Source of the DNA: Candidatus Caldarchaeum subterraneum
GTDB lineage: Archaea; Thermoproteota; Nitrososphaeria_A; Caldarchaeales; Caldarchaeaceae
Assembly (NCBI GenBank): GCA_000270325.1
Contig: BA000048.1
Span: 115,476-147,475, forward strand
Direction of reading: 5' to 3'
DNA length: 32,000 nt
Made by a program: the position numbers and the translations under genes. The notes below the pieces were generated by a model. That model made no database searches and was not told the DNA's origin. It saw only the letters and a program-made list of their open reading frames with translations. Numbering within the stretch: the stretch's first letter is position 1; each line of letters opens with the position of its first letter. Positions 1 to 8,656 of the stretch are shown piece by piece.

Positions 1-103
1 ACAGCAGAGGCGATGTCTGGTGGCGTTTCACACACAATCAAGCCCTCGAGCTCGCCAAAAAAGGCGTCATTCCAGATTTCTTGAAAGCAAAGCTCGGAGC
101 ATC

Positions 104-1684
104 TTAGCTTGTTTCTAGAATTTTTGTCACAACGCCTATCCCCTTTGTCTTCCCCTCTCTGAAAACAAACCTGTCGCCAGGCTGTATGTAGAAGGGTCGA
201 TACTTGAACCTCATCTCCACCCTGCCCGACTCGCCTGCCTTGAGATAGGGCTTGTCGAGCAGCTTAACACGTGTGGTAGAGGCGATGGTGTGGATGTGGA
301 CAATCGGCTCATAGCCTGTGCTGATTCTCGTCGGGTGGGAGAGAACCGTGACCTCCGCCTCGAAAGACCAGACGCTCACGGGGTTGAGGCTTGGCTCACA
401 GACAATCATCCCTCTCTCGAGAAGCTCCTCCCGCACACCCTTGACCGCAACACCCACGATATACCCAGGCTCAGCCTCCGCCAACCGTGTATAATGCATC
501 TCAATACTCCTGGCACGCACAGGAACAAACACACCTTTCCTAGTGGGCCCTATGAGAAGCTCAGCACCCGGCGTCAAACTCCCCTGCTTAACAGAGCCGG
601 AGACAACATTCCCCACACCCTCTACATTATACACCCTGTCGATGTATAGAAGGAATGGAAGGTCTCTCTTCTTAGCCCTCGGCGGCAGCCTCCTCAGCAG
701 ATGATAAACAAGGTCGTATCCCTGCCGTGTCACAGAAGAGATTTTTAACACAGGGACAACCACCGAGACCTTATCGATGAGCAGTTCCACATCATTAATG
801 GAATTAACGATGAACGGTATCCGCCCCACGCGTTTGAGCAGCGTAGCAATCTCTGACTCGGCGGCCTCCACCCTATTGGCAGGAACTTTATCGATTTTCG
901 TGATAAGTATGATGACTGGAATACCCATCGCAAGCATGATGCCTAGATGTTCGCGGGTGATGTGAGTTGGCCCATCATCTGCGGCGACCACCAAGAACCC
1001 GTAATCGATTTCTTGACCCAGTATGCCTCGGATGGTTGTCCTCAGCCAAGGCTCATGACCCACGGTATCGACAAAACTGACGAGACGCTCCGACTCGCGG
1101 GTGACACGTATTCTCTCAGCCCTGTCAAGCGGGTTCTTCATCAAATTGGGCTCCATGCCGCGGAAGCCCAGAACTATGAAATGGAGGTCGGCTGAAAGAT
1201 TTCTCTCAACCTCGTGAGGCAAAGTGTCGAGGTAAAGCCATTTCTGACCGTCGTCCTTCTCACCTGTGATTAGGCACGCGAGGAAAGTGGATTTCCCGTG
1301 GTTTACATGACCGGCGACGGAGACAACCAAGTGGTCAACGCTCGGCCTCGACTGTGTGGTGATGATGACTCGTGCAATCAAGCCCCCGTTGGAGTCAAAC
1401 TTCTCAACCCTGTCTATCACCGCCCCACACTCAGAGGCAACCTGCTTCAACACGCTGAGACTTTCTTCAAGCTCAATATCCGATATCCCCAACGCTGTCC
1501 CGTCATCCCTGACTCCCAGAATGTATACAGCTGTTCCGCCGCCGTTCTCCAGCCGATACTTCATCTGGCTCGCAAGCTTCTGCCTCTTCTCCGTCCTGAG
1601 ATGAATCTCTGGAATAAGCCTCTCCTTAAACTCAATATGCATCCTCTCAATAGAGGGGATGGTGAACCTCCTGTTCTCAGCCAT
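104..1684 (-). CDS. Translational-type GTPase, EF-1alpha/GTPBP1-like
   Basis: ORF track 104..1687. It has the G1 motif GHVNHGKST, G3 DTVGHE and a G4-like TKID, followed by EF-Tu-like beta-barrel domains, plus an N-terminal extension of about 115 aa. I prefer the ATG at 1684 (the second Met) because it overlaps the upstream stop as TGATG. Confidence 0.8.
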   Translation of the reverse strand: MAENRRFTIPSIERMHIEFKERLIPEIHLRTEKRQKLASQMKYRLENGGGTAVYILGVRDDGTALGISDIELEESLSVLKQVASECGAVIDRVEKFDSNGGLIARVIITTQSRPSVDHLVVSVAGHVNHGKSTFLACLITGEKDDGQKWLYLDTLPHEVERNLSADLHFIVLGFRGMEPNLMKNPLDRAERIRVTRESERLVSFVDTVGHEPWLRTTIRGILGQEIDYGFLVVAADDGPTHITREHLGIMLAMGIPVIILITKIDKVPANRVEAAESEIATLLKRVGRIPFIVNSINDVELLIDKVSVVVPVLKISSVTRQGYDLVYHLLRRLPPRAKKRDLPFLLYIDRVYNVEGVGNVVSGSVKQGSLTPGAELLIGPTRKGVFVPVRARSIEMHYTRLAEAEPGYIVGVAVKGVREELLERGMIVCEPSLNPVSVWSFEAEVTVLSHPTRISTGYEPIVHIHTIASTTRVKLLDKPYLKAGESGRVEMRFKYRPFYIQPGDRFVFREGKTKGIGVVTKILETS

Positions 1685-1926
1685 CAATGCATCACTATCA
1701 AGGAAATCACAGAAGTGATGTTTTCAATCTTCTTGACACGGTTGTTGACAACCTGTTTCAACGCATCCATCGAGTCGGCTTCAATTTTCACAACCATGTC
1801 ATACACGCCGTATACTCTCTGGGCGTCCCTAACCTCCTTAATAGCCCGGAGCTGGCTGAGCACCTCCTCCTCCCTGCCGGGCCTAACGTTTAGAAGCATA
1901 AAAGCAAGAGCCATCGGCTCGCCCAT
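1684..1926 (-). CDS. Stand-alone Lrp/AsnC-type ligand-binding (RAM) domain protein
   Basis: 80 aa. It shows the beta-alpha-beta-beta-alpha-beta pattern typical of the AsnC_trans_reg domain (ALAFMLLNV...VYGVYDMVVKIEADSMDAL...I) and has no HTH domain. Confidence 0.7.
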   Translation of the reverse strand: MGEPMALAFMLLNVRPGREEEVLSQLRAIKEVRDAQRVYGVYDMVVKIEADSMDALKQVVNNRVKKIENITSVISLIVMH

Positions 1927-1965
1927 CCTCTTAAGGCTCAGCCGCTATAAAAATCTGAAAAAAAT

Positions 1966-2328
1966 TTACCTAAACCTGTATCCGCAGAAGGAACAGACAA
2001 GCGCGTCCACTTCGTTGAGGGCTCTGCAGCTGGGGCAGTGAAAAGAGGTAACAAGCTTAATCTCCTCCTTTCTGGGGGTCACCGGCTCCTCCGCCGGAGA
2101 AGGCATGCACACGAGGGTCTCAACCTTTACGACGTTGGGCTGCTTAGCCAATATTTCATACACCCTTTGAGAGAGCTGTTCGACACTGTCGGCGGAGACA
2201 AATAGCACAGCGTCGAACCTGCCGAAAACGCTGTGGGCGGATACAACCCCGGGCATAGACCTGAGTGCAACTATTTGATGGCTGGTTCCCGGTTGTGTGC
2301 GTATCAAGACGTAGGCGAATACCTTCAT
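1966..2328 (-). CDS. RAM (Lrp/AsnC ligand-binding) domain protein with C-terminal zinc ribbon
   Basis: 120 aa. The N-terminal approximately 80 aa are RAM-like (AYVLIRTQPG...VFGRFDAVLFVSADSVEQL...VETLV). A linker leads to CPSC-x12-CSFC, a four-Cys ribbon. The start overlaps the upstream stop as TGATG. Confidence 0.7.
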   Translation of the reverse strand: MKVFAYVLIRTQPGTSHQIVALRSMPGVVSAHSVFGRFDAVLFVSADSVEQLSQRVYEILAKQPNVVKVETLVCMPSPAEEPVTPRKEEIKLVTSFHCPSCRALNEVDALVCSFCGYRFR

Positions 2329-2579
2329 CAGCCGTTCCCGCTGAACATAACTATGCAGGTCTCTGTCCGAACCACGTTGGGGATTTTTTCGATGACCTTG
2401 TAAAGCACCTGAGACAACGTTCTCAAATCCTCGACTTCGAGGGTGATGATGGCGTCGTATCTTCCGAAGACCGAGTCAGCAGCTACAACACCTTTTATCG
2501 CGGAGGCCTCCTTAAGAAACCGTACTATGTCCTCCGACGTTCCGGGCTTTGCTGAAACCAAAACATATGCCTTAACCAT
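2328..2579 (-). CDS. Stand-alone Lrp/AsnC-type ligand-binding (RAM) domain protein
   Basis: 83 aa with AYVLVSAKPG...VFGRYDAIITLEVEDLRTL...VRTETCIV. The start lies only 6 nt after the glnA stop. Confidence 0.7.
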   Translation of the reverse strand: MVKAYVLVSAKPGTSEDIVRFLKEASAIKGVVAADSVFGRYDAIITLEVEDLRTLSQVLYKVIEKIPNVVRTETCIVMFSGNG

Positions 2580-2585
2580 GCGCCA

Positions 2586-4022
2586 TCACACGTCGAAGTA
2601 GAGGTAGAACTCGTAGGGATGAGGCTTTGTGGCCACGTCTATAAACATCTTGAGCTGCATCTCTGTGTATACCTCTATCAAATCCTCGGTGAACACCGGC
2701 TTGAGAAACTCATGGTCGCTTAACAACTCTTCAACAGCTTCTCGAAGCGAGCCGGGAAGCTCCCGTATCCCAAGCTGCTTTCTCCTCTCGGGGCTGAGCT
2801 TGTAAATGTCCTCGTTAACAGGGTCGCCGGGGTCAATCTTCTTCTTGATTCCATCGATTCCGGCCGCGGCCATTGCAGCGAAGCAGAGGTAGGGGTTGGC
2901 TGATGGGTCTGGAGTCCTAAACTCTATTCTCTTTGACTTCATCGATGCGCGGCCTCTGTAGTAAACGGGTATGCGTATGTTTGCGGACCTGTTTGACCTG
3001 CTCCACGCTATGAAAACCGGGGCCTCGTATCCGGGGACGAGTCTCCTGAAAGAGTTTGTTGTAGGGTTGGTTATGGCTGTCAACGCGCGGCTGTGCTCGA
3101 GAAGCCCTCCCACAAAGTATCTCCCCAGCTGGCTGAGCTCCGCATATTCATCGTTTTCGTCGTAGAAGAGGTTTACGCCGTTTTTCCAGAGGCTTACGTG
3201 AACATGCATACCAGAGGCGTTGTCCCCGAAAATGGGCTTAGGCATGAAGGTGGCCACCATGCCTAGGCTGTTTGCGACAACACGTGCCACATACTTGTAT
3301 GTCTGGGCCTTGTCAGCCATTCTGGTTAAGGTGTCGAACCTCATGTCTATCTCACACTGGCCCGCTGTGGCAACCTCGTGATGATGCGCGTCAACCTCTA
3401 CGTTAAAGTAATCACTCAAAACTCTGCAGACCTCGTTCCTGTACTCCATCAAGGTGTCCTGCGGCGGAACTGGATAATATCCTTCTTTGAATCTGATTGG
3501 GTGCTGTGTTCCCCCAGAGTTCCAGGCGGCTTCTCTGGACTCTATCTTGTAGCTGACGCCTTCAAAGGGTGTTTTCACATCCCAGTGAACCTTGTCGAAG
3601 ACGAAGAACTCTATCTCCGGCCCCCAGTAGGATACGTCGTAGCCCTGCGCCTTGACGTATTCCTCTGCTTTCTGGGCCACATAGCGGGGGTCTCTGCTGA
3701 ACCTTCCGCTTCCAAAACCTCTGTAGACGTCGCAGATCATACGAGCTGTTTTGTTGGGGCCGTCGCTCCATGGGAGGATTGCGAATGTTCTTGGGTCGGG
3801 TTTGAGAACCATGTCAGATTCATGGATGTCCGCGAACCCTCTCAGCGATGAGCCGTCGAGCTTTGCCACACCTTCTTGCAGAGTGTCCTCGGAGAGGTAG
3901 TTAGATGTGACGGTGACGTGGTGAAGCTTGCCTGGCAAGTCTGTTAACTGCAGGTCTATGAACCGGATACCGCTCTCCTTAATGCTCTCAAGGACTTTAG
4001 TCGAATCCATTATCTTGTTCAC
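2586..4022 (-). CDS. glnA: Glutamine synthetase, type I
   Basis: 478 aa. Characteristic GS segments are MPKPIFGDNASGMHVHVSLW, NRSANIRIP and IEFRTPDPSANPYL, and the protein is full length. Confidence 0.95.
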   Translation of the reverse strand: MNKIMDSTKVLESIKESGIRFIDLQLTDLPGKLHHVTVTSNYLSEDTLQEGVAKLDGSSLRGFADIHESDMVLKPDPRTFAILPWSDGPNKTARMICDVYRGFGSGRFSRDPRYVAQKAEEYVKAQGYDVSYWGPEIEFFVFDKVHWDVKTPFEGVSYKIESREAAWNSGGTQHPIRFKEGYYPVPPQDTLMEYRNEVCRVLSDYFNVEVDAHHHEVATAGQCEIDMRFDTLTRMADKAQTYKYVARVVANSLGMVATFMPKPIFGDNASGMHVHVSLWKNGVNLFYDENDEYAELSQLGRYFVGGLLEHSRALTAITNPTTNSFRRLVPGYEAPVFIAWSRSNRSANIRIPVYYRGRASMKSKRIEFRTPDPSANPYLCFAAMAAAGIDGIKKKIDPGDPVNEDIYKLSPERRKQLGIRELPGSLREAVEELLSDHEFLKPVFTEDLIEVYTEMQLKMFIDVATKPHPYEFYLYFDV

Positions 4023-4146
4023 CGCTCAACAAGTTTTAAGTAAACAAAGAGCCAATATTTAATGGTATATTTTGTCGAACAGCCGATAAACAAATATCAT
4101 TTCGTCGTTTTGCCGATTACTCGTGTAAAGTCACGTTTTTTAATCG

Positions 4147-4518
4147 GTGGAAAATGGCAAAAGCATGAGACCCGCCCCTCTGTTGCTTGTTTTGGTTCTG
4201 TCTCTTTGGCAGCTTGCTCAAGGTTTGGCGATGCGGTTTGAGATGGTTGAGCCTGAGACTGTTCGCCCTATTCATATTGGGGTGGGCGTTTTGACGGCGC
4301 TCATACTTCTTGGCCTTGTCCGGTCCGCGAGAATAGAGGGTGGACGCATCGGCTCAGACCTCACTTTCGTGTTTCTGTTGATGATTTTGCAGGGTTTGGC
4401 GGGGCTGTTCATTCTCGCCGAAATCTCATTAGCGACAATAATCCATCTTGCGCTATCTTTCTTTGTGGTGGGGTCTGTGGCCGCCACCCTGATTTTAGCC
4501 GCGTCCGAGACTGGCTAG
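4147..4518 (+). CDS. Small integral membrane protein, unknown function
   Basis: 123-aa ORF with about 4 hydrophobic segments. The ATG at 4165 (MRPAPLLLVLVL...) is a plausible true start. It converges on the VKOR gene. Confidence 0.5.
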   Translation: MENGKSMRPAPLLLVLVLSLWQLAQGLAMRFEMVEPETVRPIHIGVGVLTALILLGLVRSARIEGGRIGSDLTFVFLLMILQGLAGLFILAEISLATIIHLALSFFVVGSVAATLILAASETG

Positions 4519-4907
4519 CTTTTAAACTGATAGAAGGACAACGCCGCCACAGCCACCGTCATGGCATGAGCAGCTGTACAAAGGATGCAGACCGCTCCAA
4601 TAAGCCCAAGCTCAACATAGACAAGTACAGCAACAACAGCTACGCCGATAACTGACCACCCCAGCGCAAGCTTCGCCAACTGTTTACCGTTGCTTGCGAG
4701 CATGGATAGCGACGCCGCACCCGCGAACCACACAACACCGTAGAACGCTGTCGGTACGCCGAGAAATTTTGCATACGGGCTAGAAAGCACGGTGTCGCAT
4801 GAAAGGAAGCTGGATATTTCACAGAACGGCGGCGGTGGCAACAGAGTTAGGTAAATGCTTAGGAAGAGCCCTGAAAGCGATACCGCAAATATGAGGTACG
4901 GAATCAT
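4515..4907 (-). CDS. Vitamin K epoxide reductase (VKOR) family protein
   Basis: 130 aa with 4 TM segments. It has the loop Cys pair FCEISSFLSCDTVLSSPYAKFLGVP and a membrane CxxC (CILC), both VKOR hallmarks. The ATGA overlap couples it to the upstream thioredoxin-like gene. Confidence 0.8.
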   Translation of the reverse strand: MIPYLIFAVSLSGLFLSIYLTLLPPPPFCEISSFLSCDTVLSSPYAKFLGVPTAFYGVVWFAGAASLSMLASNGKQLAKLALGWSVIGVAVVAVLVYVELGLIGAVCILCTAAHAMTVAVAALSFYQFKS

Positions 4908-5497
4908 CCTAGTAGCCTGTCAAGCTCCCGTGCCAAGGCTTCGTAAGGCTGCTCGCCCTCGAGTTTCGCGGCTATTATGCCGTTTTTGTTGACTATGACG
5001 TATGTGGGTGTTCCGCGGACACCGTATTGGCGGAAGATTTCGAGCTGCGGGTCGAAGCCCACAGGCCATGTTACACGATAGTTTTTGATGAACTGCGCCG
5101 TTTTCTGTGCGTCGGTGTTGTATCCTCCCGCCACGGTTATGAACACGACGCCTTTTTCAGCATAGGTTTGATGAAGCCTCTCGACGATGGGCGCCATGTT
5201 ACGGCAGTGAACACACCATTCATGGATAAAGTCGATGAAATAGATTTGCCCTGAGTCGGGCCTGAAGCTGACCTTCTCATTTTTCAACCCTGTTTCGTCG
5301 ATGAGGTCTAGGCTGAAGGGGGTTGCTATGTCACCTGTTTTAACCGTGTTTGTTTGCCCCGTGGTTGATATTGTGGAGATACTCTGAGAAGGTGGTGTAA
5401 CAATTAGGTATGCGATGAATACAACCAGCAGAGCCGCTGGTAGCACGGCTAAGTAAGTTGATAGATTACGTTTCTTCTTCACCTTCTTGGAAGGCAT
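4904..5497 (-). CDS. Membrane-anchored thioredoxin-fold thiol:disulfide oxidoreductase (TlpA/ResA-like)
   Basis: 197 aa with an N-terminal TM anchor, a WCVHC active-site motif and a downstream GTPT cis-Pro loop. Confidence 0.8.
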   Translation of the reverse strand: MPSKKVKKKRNLSTYLAVLPAALLVVFIAYLIVTPPSQSISTISTTGQTNTVKTGDIATPFSLDLIDETGLKNEKVSFRPDSGQIYFIDFIHEWCVHCRNMAPIVERLHQTYAEKGVVFITVAGGYNTDAQKTAQFIKNYRVTWPVGFDPQLEIFRQYGVRGTPTYVIVNKNGIIAAKLEGEQPYEALARELDRLLG

Positions 5498-5539
5498 TTT
5501 GCTCGGCCCTTCTCAACATCGACTAATTATTAACAATTT

Positions 5540-6988
5540 TTGGAACTCCCTGTCACAGTTATATTATTGGTCGTTGGCTGTCGGCTGATGACTGGGCAGA
5601 GACTGCTTCTCATAGGGCTTCTGATGGGGATATTTTTAGCGGCTATCGACTCCACCGTCGTTGGGGTCGCCCTGCCATCTATAGTGTCTTCTCTCAAGGG
5701 TTTGAACATCTACAGCTGGGCGTTCACGGCCTATATCCTCACTTCAACGGTTACGGGGCCGCTGTGGGGTAAGCTCAGCGATGTCTATGGACGCCGCTTC
5801 ATCTACGTGGCAGGTGTCTTGATTTTTCTCGCTGGAAGTCTGTTGTGCGGCTTGGCGCAGGACATGGTTCAGCTGGTTTTGTTCCGAGGTATACAGGGCC
5901 TCGGCGGCGGCGCTTTGCTTGTCCTCACCTTCACAATAGTTGGGGAAATATTCACGCTTAAGGAACGGGCCAAGGCCACAGGCTACACATCCTCCGTTTG
6001 GGCCGTGGCAAGCATCGTGGGGCCGCCGCTTGGAGGATTCATAGTTGACACGGTTGGATGGCGATGGATATTCTTGATAAACCTTCCAGTCGGGCTCTTC
6101 TGCGTAGCCACGGTCGGGCGCATTCTCAAGACAACCACCCGGACAGAGACAAAAATTGATGTAAGCGGGTCCATACTCTTCTTGTTGGCTGCATCCCCTT
6201 TGCTGCTTTATCTGTCAGAGTTTCAGAACATCGGCGAAACAGCGCCTCTCATCCTCTTGACCTCGGGAGCGGCTTTCACACTCTTCTTCTACAACGAACG
6301 CAGGTCACCCAGCCCCCTCATACCGTTCCATCTCTTCCGCGAAAAAATTCTCCGAACAGGTTTTCTCGGCAACCTTTTGGCAGGATTCGTTTTCTTCGGC
6401 ATAATAGCCTACATGCCCCTTTATCTCCAGACGGTGCTCGGCTACTCCGCCACCTTTTCCGGGGTGCTGCTGCTCCCCCTTGTCCTTGGATGGGTTGCAA
6501 GCGCTAACGCCGCTGCTCAGCTCGCGATTAGGTCTTCCCTCAAAATCCCAGCCATTCTAAGCGGTTTCTTTCTCGTGTCTGGCACCGTTTTTCTTTCGCT
6601 GGCTTCGCAGAACATTCCTGTTTTGTTGACTGGGTTCGCTTTGACGGGGTTGGGCATGGGTTTCACCGTCTCCACTTTCCTGATAGCGACGCAGACAGTT
6701 GTTCCACGTGGAGTGCTCGGTGTAGCAACCTCCTTGCTCAGCTTTCTTAGGCTGATGGGGGGCGCAATCTCGGCCGCCGTGCTCTGGCTACCGATAGGGG
6801 CGCTGGTTAGAGACTTGGGGCTTCAGCAAAGCGTCGGAGTCGTATTGTCCGAAGCTGAGAAAACGGCCTTCACCGCAGGCTTCTCACAGTCTCTCGCCAT
6901 AGCCATAGCAGCATCTGCCATAGCCCTCGCCCTCTACATATTCACACCCAGCATCAAGCTCGCCAAACTCGGCGACAAATCATCCTAA
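5540..6988 (+). CDS. MFS transporter, 14-TM drug:H+ antiporter (DHA2/EmrB-like)
   Basis: 482 aa and highly hydrophobic, with MFS motif A (GKLSDVYGRRF). The true start may be the internal Met at about 5588. Confidence 0.85.
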   Translation: MELPVTVILLVVGCRLMTGQRLLLIGLLMGIFLAAIDSTVVGVALPSIVSSLKGLNIYSWAFTAYILTSTVTGPLWGKLSDVYGRRFIYVAGVLIFLAGSLLCGLAQDMVQLVLFRGIQGLGGGALLVLTFTIVGEIFTLKERAKATGYTSSVWAVASIVGPPLGGFIVDTVGWRWIFLINLPVGLFCVATVGRILKTTTRTETKIDVSGSILFLLAASPLLLYLSEFQNIGETAPLILLTSGAAFTLFFYNERRSPSPLIPFHLFREKILRTGFLGNLLAGFVFFGIIAYMPLYLQTVLGYSATFSGVLLLPLVLGWVASANAAAQLAIRSSLKIPAILSGFFLVSGTVFLSLASQNIPVLLTGFALTGLGMGFTVSTFLIATQTVVPRGVLGVATSLLSFLRLMGGAISAAVLWLPIGALVRDLGLQQSVGVVLSEAEKTAFTAGFSQSLAIAIAASAIALALYIFTPSIKLAKLGDKSS

Positions 6989-7015
6989 CCTGCTAGAAAG
7001 GAATTTATCATCCCC

Positions 7016-8656
7016 ATGAAGAATATCCATATGCCGAAATACATCTTCGTAACAGGCGGCGTCGTCAGCAGCGTCGGCAAAGGAACGGTGGCCGCCTCTA
7101 TTGGAAAAATTTTATCCGTCCGTGGAGTAAAGACAGGGTTTCTGAAGATAGACCCCTACGTTAACGTCGATGCCGGAACACTAAACCCCTTCTCCCATGG
7201 AGAAGTCTTCGTAACAGACGACGGCGCCGAGACAGACCTCGACCTCGGCTGGTATGAGCGCTTTCTCGACATAACAACGTCGAGGAAAAACAATATAACA
7301 ACAGGACAAATCTATGCAGAGGTCATCGCTAGGGAGAGACGCGGCGACTACCTTGGACAGTGTGTCCAGATAGTTCCACATGTGACTGATGAGATTAAGA
7401 GAAGAATTAGAGAAGCTTCGGAGGGTGTGGATGTTTTGATAGTTGAAGTTGGTGGAACAGTTGGCGACATCGAGGGGCAGCCGTTTCTTGAGGCGATTAG
7501 GCAGATGCGTCTCGAGGAGGGTGTGGAAAATACCTTGTTTGTCCATGTCGCGCTAGTGCTTACACTCAAGGCGACGGGCGAGTTCAAAACCAAGGCCCTC
7601 CAGCACAGTGTCAACACCTTAAGAGCTCTCGGCATACAGCCCGACATAATCGTGGCGAGAAGCGACAAGCCCATAGACCAAGAAGCGAGACGCAAAATTG
7701 CCTTATTCGGCACCATATCAGAGAAAGCGGTTTTCTCCTCTCATGACGTTGACTGTGTATACAAGGTTCCCGTGGTTTTGGAGAAGCAGGGGATGGGTGA
7801 TTATTTGGTTACAAGACTCGCTCTAGCGGAGGCGAATCCTGACTGGAGAGAATGGAATCATGTGCTGAACCTATATGACAACGCGGTTTTCCCTGTAAAG
7901 ATAGCTGTTTGCGGAAAATACACGAAGCTGGCTGATTCGTATGTGAGTGTGAAGGAGGCCCTACAGCACGCTGGTGTTAACATCGGCGCCCATTTAGAAA
8001 TTGACTGGGTCAACACTGAGGAGTTTGAAAACGGTTCAAGAAGTTTGGAGACGCTTCACGGCTATGATGGTGTTCTTGTCCCAGGCGGCTTCGGCAGAAG
8101 AGGCACCGAGGGAATGATTGAATGCATCAGGTTCTGCAGAACAAACGACATCCCGTTCCTCGGAATATGTTTCGGCTTGCAGCTGTCTATCGTAGAGTTT
8201 GCACGCAACGTCTGCGGCCTCGCAGGAGCGAATTCGACGGAGCTAAACCCGGAGACACCTCATCCCGTCATCGACCTCATGCCTGAGCAGAGAAGGGTAA
8301 GCGGCTTAGGAGGAACCATGAGACTCGGCGCACTAACCGTGAAACTCATCAAAGACACCCTGGCTCACAGACTGTATGGAGCGGATGAGATACGTCAGAG
8401 ACATCGGCACAGGTATGAGGTTAATCACACATACTGGGAAACCCTGCAGAAGAATGGATTGGTTTTCTCAGGTTTTTCACCTGAAGGAGACCGTGTTGAG
8501 ATCATAGAGTATCCTGTCAACAGGTTCTTCCTCGCAACACAGTTTCACCCCGAATATCTATCTCGGCCAAACAGGCCCGACCCAGCGTATCTCGGATTTG
8601 TCAAAGCGGCGATGGAGAGAAGAAAGACTCTCAAAGCAGCCGAGGCCGTCGCCTAA
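7016..8656 (+). CDS. pyrG: CTP synthase
   Basis: 546 aa with KYIFVTGGVVSSVGKG at the N-terminus, the GATase Cys in LGICFGLQ, and HRHRYEVN. An alternative start is the Met at 7031. Confidence 0.95.
   Translation: MKNIHMPKYIFVTGGVVSSVGKGTVAASIGKILSVRGVKTGFLKIDPYVNVDAGTLNPFSHGEVFVTDDGAETDLDLGWYERFLDITTSRKNNITTGQIYAEVIARERRGDYLGQCVQIVPHVTDEIKRRIREASEGVDVLIVEVGGTVGDIEGQPFLEAIRQMRLEEGVENTLFVHVALVLTLKATGEFKTKALQHSVNTLRALGIQPDIIVARSDKPIDQEARRKIALFGTISEKAVFSSHDVDCVYKVPVVLEKQGMGDYLVTRLALAEANPDWREWNHVLNLYDNAVFPVKIAVCGKYTKLADSYVSVKEALQHAGVNIGAHLEIDWVNTEEFENGSRSLETLHGYDGVLVPGGFGRRGTEGMIECIRFCRTNDIPFLGICFGLQLSIVEFARNVCGLAGANSTELNPETPHPVIDLMPEQRRVSGLGGTMRLGALTVKLIKDTLAHRLYGADEIRQRHRHRYEVNHTYWETLQKNGLVFSGFSPEGDRVEIIEYPVNRFFLATQFHPEYLSRPNRPDPAYLGFVKAAMERRKTLKAAEAVA

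Noticed and set aside
1-103. Possible gene end at the left window edge
   Set aside because: The segment is too short to assign a frame or product.
1298-2041. 247-aa plus-strand ORF, together with 290..649, 947..1195, 1356..1604 and 1687..1893
   Set aside because: They are antisense to the GTPase and RAM-domain genes, which carry clear motifs. No motifs are recognisable in these ORFs.
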